A DNA stretch of 64,000 nucleotides from Neocallimastix sp. 'constans' (Eukaryota): NCBI GenBank assembly GCA_050613775.1, contig JBODTK010000145.1, forward strand, positions 310,001-374,000. The letters are read 5' to 3'. Below, in pieces: positions 9,365-22,954 of the stretch (the stretch's first letter is position 1; every line of letters starts with the position of its first letter). Under the pieces are notes generated by a model. That model was not told the DNA's origin. It made no database searches and saw nothing but the letters and a program-made list of their open reading frames with translations. Made by a program: the position numbers and the translations under genes.

Positions 9365-9667
9365 TGTTAAGGTTTTAGAGAATTAAATAAAAATAAAGTA
9401 AGAAACACAAATTTTATTTATTTATTTATTATTTTTATTTATAAATTTATTTGATTTTATTTGATGATATTTAAAAATTAGTAGCAAAATTTACAACTAT
9501 TTATACTTTTTTTTTCAAGGCATAAAAGTTGTTCTTGCCACTAAATTACATTTTATTATTATTTTTCTTTTTATATATGAAACTATTAAATTTAAATTGA
9601 TTTTTATAATCAATTATATAAAATTTAATTATAACAATATAAATAAAATACATTTATAATATTAATA

Positions 9668-9713
<46 letters not shown>

Positions 9714-10200
9714 CTATCTAAAATATTACTAATAAGAATTTATTTAATTGGCTAAAATTTTTATTACAATCTGTTAAAATATTCAAATAAAAATAAAAAT
9801 ACTATTCTAATATAAAGGTTTTTAATAAAATAAAATATTTTTCAATATAAAATAAAACATTTCGATATAAAATTTTATAATAAAAGTTAAAATATAATAT
9901 ATAAATTTTTAATTATCAATATATAAAAATATTATTAATACAAATTTTCATTATTAATATAAAAATAAAAAAATAAGATTTATTATTAATATTGTTAATA
10001 TAAGTTTTAAATATATAAAAATATTACTATTAATATAAGATTTAATATAAAAATTATAAAGTTTAATATAATTTTTGATCTAATTTTTAATCTTTGAATT
10101 TAAAAATTTATTAAAGTACAAAAATAATAATGTACACATAATGTATTAGAAATAAATCGTAGATTTAATTAAGAATGCATTATTTAGTACATTCTTATCA
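9365..10200 (-). repeat. 5' LTR (836 bp)
   Basis: Direct repeat of 2210-3046. By eye it differs only by small indels (one G, homopolymer lengths). Confidence 0.95.
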
Positions 10201-10204
10201 CCGA
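10201..10204. repeat. Right 4-bp target site duplication CCGA
   Basis: Matches 2206-2209. Confidence 0.85.
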
Positions 10205-10635
10205 AGATTTCGTTACATTAGCTAAGTTAAAGTCTTGCATGATTTCGAAGCGGTGAAGCGTATTAATTAAGTACTTTTAATAATAAATGATATGAGTCAA
10301 CTGAGACTCTTAATCTGTTAGCTTTATTAAATTTAGATCTATAATAATATTCCTTATGGAATATGGTATACAAGGGAAATAAGTGTATGATCTATCTTTC
10401 GGCTTTAAATAAGTAATAAAGTCACATGTTACAACATGCGTTTTCCATAACATAAAATAAATTAAAAATTAATTAAATAAATATTAAAAGATAATTAACA
10501 TAGATTTATACAAGACGATAGATCATAATACATTTAAGTAATCATTAAATATAAATAAATAAATACACATAAATATAAATAAATACTATAAATAAATAAA
10601 TTAAATATATAGTTAAATTATGAGTGCAGTCAACA

Positions 10636-10673
<38 letters not shown>

Positions 10674-12946
10674 CATTAAATAATAATAATAATAATAATA
10701 ATTTTTAAAAATATATTAATTTAGGTTTTTTTAATTTTAATTAATATATTTTAATATAAAGAGTTTAAAATTTTATTTTAGTTCAAATTTATTTCTGCCA
10801 TGTTGCTTCTCCATTGATTTACATACAATAGGTTAATAGCTTTTGAGGTTATTTTGGTTATTTCATATATATCTTGAATATTATAAAATTCACCCCCTCC
10901 CCTATAATCTTAGTTATTCTGAAAGAATAATTTGGTTAATCGATAAATATATGTACTTTATTTTATATTTATCTAGTATGATTAAATTTTAATAATTATT
11001 TACAAGAGTTTTTATTATTAATAATTATATTTATATTTTAGGTATATTATTGATACATTATAATTTATATTATAACTTTTTTTCTTTTTTTTTAAAAAAA
11101 AAAACATTATTTTTGTGAATAAAACTGTTATTAACCATTTAATATTTCTTTTTCTTTTTTTTTTTTTTTTTTTTTTTTTTAATAAAATTTTTAAATCTTT
11201 AATTATTGGGTCATATTAATAAGTTTTATATTATGGATTGGATACTAATTTAGGATTTAGGTTTTAACACCATCAAAATAATACTATTTATAGCAACTCT
11301 CAAGCTTTATGCCATTTAAATTATTATGATGACTTCTCCTTAACTTTACATCATTTATTATTTAATTTTTTGCTATTCCTTGATTTTTACGTCCATAAAT
11401 TATTGGACTTTATATCTTTTTTTTTTTTATCTATAAATATTTTAACAAAATTTTTAATTATTATAGCAGTAAATTGGTAGAGTCTTTTTAAATTCCTTTA
11501 AGTTTATATAATATTTTACGTCTTCTTAGGTAATATTTCATTTTGTCTTATTAGGGATACTTCTTTTATTATCTTCAATATTGATCAATTATGAGATCTG
11601 TTTTCTCAAAAAAAATTGCCGTGAATCTTTTGAAAGTCAGTAATATAAGTATCATGATTATTTTTATTAATTCATTTTATGACAAAGGGTTACTCAGATT
11701 TAATTTTTAATATACAAATACATATTTTAATATCTTTATAAGGTGGCATATTATACATTAATTTTTATATAATACATACATTTCATAACATATGAAGATT
11801 ATTTCATGTATATTTCAATATGCATATATATATATATTTCATTTTTTAATTAATATTATCTTTTCAATTTTCATTTTTTCATTAGAAATAATTTGAATTT
11901 AATAATTTAAAAAAATATACAATAAAAATAATAATAATAATAATAATAATTTATATATTTATATATAAAATAAATTATATATATATATATGTATAATTTT
12001 TTTTTTCGACTTTAAAATAGAAAAAAAAAAGTTTATTAATAATATGAATAAAAAGAAATTACAATAAATTTACTTTATTTCTCTTTTTTTATATATAAAA
12101 TATATAATTGTTTTTTTTTAAAAAAATAAAAAAGAAAGTTTCTTATTTTATTCTTTTTCATATATATATTTAAATAGAAAAAATAATAATAGTAATTAAT
12201 TAGTTAAGTATTATTAATATCATTATTATTTGTTTATTTTATAATTTTTTATAAATTTAAAATCATTTTATTGATTCTTTTTATTGCATATTTAATCTAT
12301 GCAAAGATAATATAAAATAAATTTGAAAATAATAACTATGTGAAATAATGTGAAATATGCAATAAAAAATATTATTTTACTTATTAACAATAAGATTAGT
12401 ACCAAAAAAATAAAAATAAAAAAAAAAAATATCCGAAAAAAAAAAAAAACAATATTTATTATAAAATTTTATTTAAAATCTTTATTCATTATTAAAATAA
12501 AATAATTTTAAAAAAAAATTTTTTTTTCATAGTAATATATGTATATATATTTTTTTTTACATATATATTAATAAAATTTATATTTGAAACTATCAAATAA
12601 TGATTATTGTAATAAAATACTCTATTTAAATACATATTATTCAATGCTCATGATGATGTGTATATTCTATAATTTATTATTGATAAAAAAAGTGAATTTA
12701 TATTAAACGTTTATATAATGCTTTGTTGAATTATCAATAATTTATTTAAATTATTTTTATATATAATTCTTAAAATCCTTTTTTAATTAATTTTTTTATT
12801 CATTAAAATTGGTTAATATAATTTAATAATTTTGAAAATATTATTGAGCATATAGCTATTTAATATGGAGAAAAAAAAATTAATACTAAAGGATGTTACA
12901 TAGATCACTGAAAAAAAAATTGTTTTGATATTTACAATACTTTCGA

Positions 12947-12987
<41 letters not shown>

Positions 12988-13157
12988 AATCTTCTCTTAT
13001 TATATTAATTATTTTTAAAAATTTAATATATTTAGCTTAAATAAAAAAAAAAAAAAAAAAAAAAAAAAGTTAAAAATTTTTTTACAATTTGTAATAAATT
13101 TATATTATTATATTTTTTTAATATCTTTAATGCCTATATTTTTTTTTTAATTACCTT

Positions 13158-14539
13158 TTAGATTTCTTCATTTTTCATTGCCTCTTTTACTTTTGTAATG
13201 AAAGGATCATTTTTTTGAAGTCCTGCAAAGTAAATATACTTTATATATTTACTTTTAGCTATAGCTTTACCCATGAATTTAGAAATCTCATTTTCATTGT
13301 TCAAAAAGGCACCACATCCGATTTTTCCAAGAATTAGAGTATCCGCTCCAGCTCTTTCTGTACCTTTGATTAAATTCGTGAATTTTTCTAATAGGCAGGC
13401 TTCATAATTTTTTTGGGCCTCCTCTAAGATAGTTGTTACCTCTTTTTTAAATGATTTAAAATCTTCAAACTTTAGCTCCTTCTGTAATCTTTTATGGGCT
13501 TCTTTTTTTTTTCTTCATTTGCCAGAATAATATGGGCTTTAATGATTACGGCAATAATATCACCGATACCTCGGCTACCGTTCTTTCCCATATATTGTTC
13601 TGCAAAATCTTGGAGTTTCTTTTCTGAACAAAAAATGGCCAGTTTTCCTGCTTTTAGTGTCGTCTCATCGCTAAAACAGTGGTTTTTTATGCTCTCATCA
13701 TGGTCACTCTGCAGGAGAGAATGAGCTCTTTTTATATCTTCATATATTTTATCACCATCTTTTTCTTCTCGTTGTCCTATTAACATTGCACCGATTGGAT
13801 CTCCACTGACCCCCGTAGCAAAACTTGGCATGGAAAGAAAAGCGTAGGATACTTCCACCACCGATTCCTTCGGTAATTTCTTCATACTCATTCTCTGTTG
13901 AACTTCATGGGTCATTAATAAGTTTGTTAAGATGTATCCGTAGGCAGGATTGATCACTTCTGGATTTTCATAATCCTCTTTACTCAGGCTGTAACGTTTT
14001 TGATTTGCATTGTAAATTCCATCACCATTGCCCCCAATATCATGTACGCCAAACCTATTTCCAAGAAAGCCATAAATTTCAGGTGCCATAAGTACGGTTT
14101 GTTCCTCTTGAGTCCCTGCAGGACTATAACCTGTCATATAGATCCCTCCAACATTGGTGGAGTCTGCAAAAATCAAAACAGCTACTTTTTTTCCTGACTG
14201 AGCTAATTCTAAAGCGACGGGGCCACTAAATTTTTCATAGGCGAATAATTCTGGTAAAAATGTTTTTTTTTTCTGGTTTTTTTTTTCTGAATTTTTTTTA
14301 ACTTTCTCCTTCTTTTCTTTTTCTTCTTCTTCTTCTTCTTCTTCTTCTTTTTCTTCTTTTTCTTCTTCTTTAAAATGATGACAATTAATAATACTTATTC
14401 TTTGGAAATGGGAATGAAAAAGTTTTTGAAATTCAGGATTTGCCGTATAATATGCAAAATCTCCTGTAGAAGTTCCAGTTTCAGGAAGATTATTGTAAAT
14501 ATTATCAAATTCAGATGTTTTCAAAAAATCCGAACTCAT
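13158..14539 (-). CDS. Microbial-type poly(ADP-ribose) glycohydrolase (DUF2263/TIGR02452-like macrodomain), interrupted by a 1-nt frameshift in an A10 run
   Basis: VAVLIFAD...VGG...AGTQEE catalytic-loop motif in ORF 13472-14539. Adding one A at 13503-13512 continues into ...GADTLILGKIGCGAFLNN...EEI* (stop 13158-13160), the family's LGxxGCGAF motif. No intron. Confidence 0.75.
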
Positions 14540-14780
14540 TTGTTAAAATAGGAAATATATAAATAAATAAAAATAAATAAATAAAATAAATAAAATAAAT
14601 ATTTCAAATAGTTTAATATTTAATTATTTTTGTTCAAATGTTATATATATTTATTATATAATTTTTTGATTTACTATTATTTTATTTTATTTTTTTTTTT
14701 TTTTTTTTAATTAAATTTATTATTAACAATATAAAAAATAATAAATTTTATTTGAAAAAAATATGTATATATATATATAC

Positions 14781-14822
<42 letters not shown>

Positions 14823-15424
14823 TAAATAAAAATTATAAAATTAAAATTTAATCTGAACCAAAAACCAAGAAATTAAATAAAATAAATTTTTTTTTCTTAA
14901 TTTTTAACTATTTTATTATATATTTTAATTTTATGGTTTTTTTATTAGAGCTAATAAAACCATAAATTTAAGTATAAATTATATAATAAAAAATTTACAA
15001 AGTGAAAAAAGCTTTTAAAATTAAATAATTTTTTCTTTAAAAATTTTATTTTTTATTATTATTATGATTATTATTTCAATTCAATATTACTTTTATTATT
15101 ACAAATATTTCTAAATTATTATTTGATATTGTTTTAATAAAAAAAAAAAAATGATGAAAATATAACTTTATAATTAAATTTTATTAAATAGTTATAATTA
15201 TTAACATATTTAAATTTATTTTGTTAGGTGTCTTGAGTTTTGGTTATGTGGTTTATATCAACTTTATTAATATATTTTAGGATAGAGAGTTACTCAAAAG
15301 AATTACTCAAAAGTAATAATTCTATAAGTTTACATGTATTTATATGAATAATACGAGGCTTATTTATTTAATATAATACATTTCAATACATTATAAATAC
15401 ATTGGACACTTATTTCAAAGATTT

Positions 15425-15700
15425 TACATATTCTAATATTCCCCCTTAAATCTAATTATTTCATTAATGAATAAAATCGGTTTACTGGTGGTGAATATGT
15501 GTATATAAAAATTATTCTATTCTCTAATATTATACCCTTGATATTATTAAACTATAAATTATTTCTTTTCGAAATTAACCTTTTAATTTTTCATAAATAC
15601 AATAATTTTACATTATGTTAATTCTTTAATTCAATTTAAATATTGCTAAAATAATTTCTTAAATCTATTTATAATTCTAACAATTTCCCCTTAAAACTAT
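15425..15700 (-). mobile_element. Possible decayed Ty1/Copia 3' ends (two PPT-LTR junction-like motifs)
   Basis: Minus strand TTTAAGGGGGAATATTAGAAT (~15450-15430) and TTTAAGGGGAAATTGTTAGAAT (~15695-15674) resemble Copia PPT plus LTR start. No intact ORF. Confidence 0.3.
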
Positions 15701-16580
15701 GAATTTTAATATTATTTACGCCATTAATATTAGATGTTTTTAAAGACATTTCTTATAATATATGGTTTATATATACCTTTTGTATGATGGAAACCTTACT
15801 CTTGAAGGGTGATATTATACCATCTCAATTTGTGTGAATACCTCTTATATATTGGGTTTTACATCACTTTCAATTATAATCCGTTTAATGGATTAGCGCT
15901 AATTTTTATACATTTTGAATTTATAGTTTTTTAGCGATAACTATTAAAATAAAATTGTTTAATTATATATTGGTATACTTTATAAATCATCATCTTGGAG
16001 GTATTAAAAATGGATTGCATTTATAATCAATTATATTATTCTAGTCATTTAAAAACTTATAAATAAATAATATAAATTGTTTCATCATTGATTAAGATTC
16101 CATATTTCAATTAATTTCTTCTTATTGATTATTTTTTTTTTTAATATTCACTATTAAACTATTTTATTCATTTCCAAGATAAATATCATTATTTTTTTTA
16201 AAAAAAAAATAATCAACAATCAGTTAAGCAACTTTCTTTTAATATTTTAAGTACTTTATTTTATTTTGCCTATCTTCCCCCCTAAAATTCAAATTTCTAA
16301 AAAAAATTTTTACATATATGAATTTTCTCATCATCGAAATATTAATGATCGAAGATGAATGATTATATCTTTAAAATGTTTTGCAATCAATAAAATAATA
16401 GTTTGTAGATGGAATAAACGTCATCTATTTGTATAAAGTTAATCATCTATAAAAGGAAGGACTATTCAAAAGGGTACAAATATACTAAATATATAAAAAA
16501 CACTAAATAAATGTAAATCTTTCATTTATTTTAAATGATAAGAATGAAATCAAAAAATATGAAAGTTTACATTTCCATCT

Positions 16581-16618
<38 letters not shown>

Positions 16619-17888
16619 TTGAAGCTTCTTTTATTAATAATAAAAACATAAAATTAAAGATTAAATGAGAAATAAAAAAAAGAGTTCAATTCCTTTTAAT
16701 GTAAAGACGAAAAAAAAAAAAACATAACTTATATTTGATGAAATTTCTCAAGAAATTGGAATTATATGTCTTGAATATAATTCAATTAAATCTCAAATAA
16801 GAAAAAATATAAATAAACAACTACCTTCTAAAATAATAATATTAAAAAAAAAAAAGTGGATGAAATTTCCTAATGAATCAAAATATTATTATAAAATAAA
16901 ACAAAAAAAAAAAAATGAAAGCTTTATGATATTTTCAAAGGTTGTACAAATTTAATCATTCTTCAATCCTTATTCCAAGCAAAAAAAAAAATATATATAT
17001 ATATATATATTTTTCAAACTCTGAAAAGATATTTATAAATGGCATATTTTATTATGGTTCCTAAAAGTGTTTATCAAGTATGTATAACTAGAACCTATGT
17101 TGTAACTAGATCCTTAAGTTACATAATAAAAAGGATTTTTTTTTTACACTACTTCCTTTTCTATATTCAAAAATAAAAAGAAATCAACTTATAAAGTTTT
17201 ATTAGAATAATTGACAATATAAAAAGATGTTATCAAATATAATAATAACACTGAAATTATCACCCCCAAAAAAAAAAAATTTTTTTTTATTTTGATTTTA
17301 AAAGAAGAGATAACTAATACAATAAAAAAAAATTTTTTTTTTCCAAATATAAATATTAAATAATAATATTTGGCTCTGTAAAAGATGTAAAAGAGTATTA
17401 GAAATTTAAAAAAAAAATAAAAAAAAATGGATAGAAACAATTGTAAGAATCTAGATATATTCATTATAGAATATTATCCATCTTTTTTATTACCAATTAA
17501 TAATTAATATTACTTAGTTTATTATTATCCCAATTATTAAATAAAATACCTTAATATTAAAATAAAGACTTATTAATTCATTAAAAATTTATCTTTATTT
17601 ATTTTTATTATTTATCTATTTTTTTTTTTTTTTTTTTTTTTGAAATGAATTTTTCTTTGTAATACTCCACAATGAATAAATAAAAAAAAGGTGAAATATA
17701 TCATCATCCTTCCATCAATAGATTATAACTACATTATTATTATTATTATTTAATAACTACTTAAAAAATTAAGAATGAATATATTAACTAATAATACCAT
17801 TATTACTATTACTATTAATAACAGTAATATTAATTATAAATTATAAATAATAAATAATAATAAATAATTAATAACAATAAATAAATTA

Positions 17889-17933
<45 letters not shown>

Positions 17934-18819
17934 TGATAAAAAATAATTATAATAATAATAAAAACATTTGTGATTTGTTTTATCATGGACCTCAAATATA
18001 AATGAGTTGAAAAACTCCTGAGTCAAGGGTATGGAACATTCATTAATGAAAAAAAATAATTAACACTTTTTTCTTTTTTTTTTTTTTTTTTTTTTGTTGA
18101 ATATCTTGAATAGAAAATCTAATCCTTTTTATATTATTAGTAAATTAAATTAATAAAATGTCATTTTTAATAATATATCCAACCATTTAAGAATACAAAA
18201 AGAAAAAAAAAGTGGAAAATAATTTAAATAAATTAAAATAATATATATATATATATAAATTATAAAGAATAAATTATTATAAAATAATAAGAGTAATTGA
18301 ATATAATGAAATAAAATAATAATTATAATAATAAAAAAAATATATATATATATAAAGAAATATACATAAAATTCATATAATTAAAAAAGAGTTTTAACTT
18401 TTTAAAAAAATATATATATATATAAATGAATATCGAGAACATCTATATTTAAAAAAATAAAATGAAATGAAAATTGAAATATTTTTTTTAAGTTAACTCC
18501 ACTTCTTTTTTTCTTTCTTATCTTTATTTATATCTTCATTTAAATTTAATATTAATATATATACATTATCTTTTTACTTTATTCATTTATTTATTATTTT
18601 ATTTTATTTTTTTTATATACTTTTATTTTTTTTATATACTTTTATTTTTATTTTATTTTTATTTTATCCTCTATATATTTTTTAAACTTTTCATTCCAAT
18701 AAAAAAAAAAAAATTTTAAAATTTTCTTATATTTGGTAATACGAAATAAACTTTTTTATACAAAATTGAAGGAGATAAAGGAATTCTATTAAAATAAATA
18801 ATTGAATAATAAAGATGGA

Positions 18820-19420
18820 ATAATAAATAATAAAAGGTGTATTTATTAATATATAATTGAATAATAAATAATGGAATAATAAATAATTAAATAATAAATA
18901 ATTGAATAATAAATAATAAATAATAAATAATAAATAATAAATAATAAATAATAAAAAATAATAATTATTTAATAATAAATAATAAATAATAAATAATAAA
19001 TAATAATAAATAATAAATAATAAATAATAATAAATAATAAATAATAAATAATTAATAATTAATAATAAATAATAAATAATAAATAATAAATAATAAATAA
19101 TAAATAATAAATAATAATAAATAATAAATAATAAATAATTAATAATTAATAATAAATAATAAATAATAAATAATAAATAATAAATAATTGAATAATAAAT
19201 AATAAATAATAAATAATAAAAAGAGTATTTATTAATAAATAATAAATAATAAATAATAAATAAAAGATAATAAATAAATAAATAATAAATAATAAAAACA
19301 GAGTATTGATTAATAAATAATAAATAATTGAATAATAAATAATTGAATAATAAATAATAAATAATAAATAATTGAATAATAAATAATAAAAAAAGAGTAT
19401 TGATTAATAAATAATAAATG
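18820..19420. repeat. Compound (AATAAAT)n satellite with AATTGAAT and AAAAGAGTATT(G/T)ATT variant units
   Basis: Visible tandem periodicity of 7 nt with interspersed variants. Confidence 0.85.
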
Positions 19421-19945
19421 AATGAATGAATAATTAATTAAATAGTTAAATATTGATTAAGTAATAATAAAAAGTTCGGTAAAGTAAATATAAAAATAAA
19501 TAAATAAATAAATATAAAATAGATAAATGCCAATTTTATATTTATATTTATTTCTGAAACAAATTGAAATCAATTTAAAAATGATTGACATTTAAATTTA
19601 ATTTATGTGCAAATATATTAAACTAGACTCTAAATTTATTCATTGATGGAATAATTAATATAAATATATATATTTAAATATAAATATGACTATTTAAATA
19701 TTTTTATTTTTATTTTTAATTTTATTTTTATTTTATTGACAATATATGGATAATTAAGAAAATAAGAAAATATGAAAAATAAGAAAATTAAGAAAATTTA
19801 AAAAATTTAAAAAATTTAAAATTAAATCATATGAAAATGAAATTTTAAAAAAAAAAAAATTTTTTTATTTTTTATTTTTTTTTAATTCTTTTAATTCTGT
19901 CTACTTTTTTGAATTATTCAAAAAACATTTTCATAAAATTTATAT

Positions 19946-20169
19946 TTGACTATTTGAATAATTATTGACTATTTGAATAATTATTGACTATTTGAATAAT
20001 TATTGACTATTTGAATAATTATTGACTATTTGAATAATTATTGACTATTTGAATAATTATTGACTATTTGAATAATTATTGACTATTTGAATAATTATTG
20101 ACTATTTGAATAATTATTGACTATTTGAATAATTATTGACTATTTGAATAATTATTGACTATTTGAATA
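19946..20169. repeat. 19-bp minisatellite (TTGACTATTTGAATAATTA) x ~12
   Basis: Perfect 19-nt period from 19946 to the last unit starting at 20155; no spacers. Confidence 0.95.
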
Positions 20170-22172
20170 TAATTTTTTCAATTTTATTTTTTATTTTTGT
20201 TTTAATTATTTTATTTTATAATTTTTAAATAATTAAAAAAAGTTAAAAGATTAAAAAAAAAAAAAAAAACTTTTTTAATTTTTGAATATAAAAAATTTTT
20301 TTTTTCTTTTTCATTTCATGATAGAATTCTAAGAATTAACTAAAAAAAAAAAAAAAAAAAATATTAAAAATTTTTATTCTATTCTCAATATTATAAAATA
20401 AAAATAAGAAAAATAAAAATAATAAAAAATAAAAATAATAAAAAATAAAATTAAATGGACTTTAAAAATTGATTCTATGATTCTATAATATTTTTATTAT
20501 CATTATTATAATAATAACAATTTATTTTATTAATTGATTATTTTTTTTTAGAAAAAAAAAAAAAACAATGATTTTAATACTGATATAAAATACTTTTAAA
20601 TTTAATATTTATATATATATATATATTATCAAATAAAGATTGAAAACAATTATAATAATGTAGAAGCAACACTAATCAAAGTTAAAGAAGTCAAACAATA
20701 TAAAAAAAAGTCATAAAATAAATACTTTTATTTTTATTTTTTTTTACTTCATTTCTATTATAAAATGGCGTTTTTTTTTTTTTTTATTTCAATTTTAATT
20801 TTTGATTTCATTCCATTTTTTTATTTTTTTTTTTATTTTTATTTTTTATTTTATTTTTTATTTTTATTTTTTATTTTTATTTTTTTTTAACTTATTCTTT
20901 TCAATTTATTAGAATGGCGTTTTTTTTTTTTTTTTAATTTTTTTTTTTAATTAATTTAAATTCATTTCTATTTTTCTAAATAAATAAAAATCAAATCAAA
21001 TCAAATCAAAAATTAAAAAATTTATAATTATTACAATTATTATTTTATTCTTTTATTTATTCTATTCTTTTATTTATTTTATTATTCTTTTATTTATTTT
21101 ATTATTCTTTTATTTATTTTATTATTCTTTTATTTATTTATTTTATTCTTTTATTATTTTATTATTTATTATTATTTTTTTTTTTTTAATTAAATTTTAA
21201 AAAAAGTTAATTTAAAAAAAAATTTAAAATCATTTTTAAGATAATAAAAATAAGAATTTAGTAATTAAAAATAATAAAAGAATAATAGGATAAAAGAATA
21301 ATAAAATAAAAATATAATAAAAATAAAAGAATAATAAAAGAATAATAAAATAAAAATAAAATAAAAGTAAAATAATAATAAAATAAAAGTAAAATAATAA
21401 TAAAATAATAAATTAATAAAATAATAAAAATAAAAAATAAAAAAAAAATATTATAATTTAAAGTTTATCCAAACTGGTTTCTTCATCTTTCATTCTCCTT
21501 TTTTTCTTGATTAGAAATTTCGTTTATCAAAGTATTATTAAAAAATTAATAAATTAAAAAAAAATATAAAAATTAAGATAAAAATAAAGAATTCTAATTT
21601 TTATTTTATTTTATTTTTATTTAATTTTATTTATTTTTTTTTTTTTTTTCAGTATCCATTTAATATATTAATAAATACTAATAATAATAAGAAATAATTA
21701 TATCTTAATCTATTTAATATATATTTAATATATATATATATCACATTATCACATATAATATATGTAATATATTTAAATGAAACTATAAAATTAAAATTAA
21801 AATAAAAAAATAAAATAAAATAAATAAATAAATAAATAAATAAAAAAGTATAAATACAAATGAAATTCTCTGGGGTTAAGTTGCTTTGAAAAATTAAAAA
21901 ATCTTTTTTTATATATATATATATATGTATATAATATATACATAAGAATAAAATATAATAAAAAAAAAAATATAATATATACTATAATAATATATTTATA
22001 TTCAAAGAAAAAAAAAATTTATTTATAATATCAATAATAAAAATTATTCAAAATAATAATAATAATTAATAGTAATTATAATAATTAATAGTAATAATAA
22101 TTATCAATAATAAAAACAATAGTAATCATCAATAATATTAATAAATTATTCAAATATTAACAAAGTAACAAC

Positions 22173-22920
22173 ATGGTAATTAAAGAAAATACATCTTTTA
22201 TTTTATATATATATATAATAATTCATTATATATTATATTTACATATCTATATGATTTATCTTTCCAAAATAATAAAAATGATAATAATAATAATAATTAA
22301 AAGATAGTTTTATTTATATTTTTTTTTATTATTACTTAATATTAATTATATATCTTATTATTTAATATTAATTATCTTATTATTTTATATAATATATAAT
22401 AATATAATATAATATATAATATATCTGTTTATATTTATATATAATTAAAATATAAATAATATTTTATACTTCATGTATTAAAGGGATATTACGGTAATCA
22501 ATTGAAAGCACTCATTAAAAGAAATTTACTTTTAAAAAAGTATACCCCACAACTCACCTTTATTGAAATTTTTCTACCAATCTTAATGGCTTTTATATCA
22601 TGTAATTAATAATACTATTGAATTTTCTTTAAAAAAAATAAAAAAAATTTAAAATAAAATAAAGTAAAATAAAATAAAAAAATTTAAAATAAAATAATGT
22701 AAAATAAAATAAAATAAATTTAGAAGAAAAAAATATATATATATATATATATATTTGAATAAAATAAAAAGTAAAATATAATTCTATATTAATATTTAAA
22801 GAATAAATTTATATTGTTTTAAAATAGAAAAAAAAATTTTTTTTATTTGAATATTATTTTAACTTTTTTTTTTTAATAATTATATATTTTTTATAATCTT
22901 TTATATACATACACACCCCA

Positions 22921-22954
<34 letters not shown>

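Larger units (their letters stand above)
2210..10200 (-). mobile_element. Full-length Ty3/Gypsy LTR retrotransposon
   Basis: Two ~837-bp direct repeats bounded by TG...CA, 4-bp TSD, PBS, gag with CCHC knuckle, and pol in PR-RT-RH-IN order with no internal stops. Confidence 0.97.

Noticed and set aside
10790..11780. Possible decayed DNA transposase (YNMPPY-like peptide on the minus strand near 11750)
   Set aside because: Too many stops and only one short motif; a family cannot be supported without a TBLASTN/HMM search.
19946..20169. CRISPR array
   Set aside because: Repeats are contiguous with no spacers, there are no cas genes and the context is eukaryotic.
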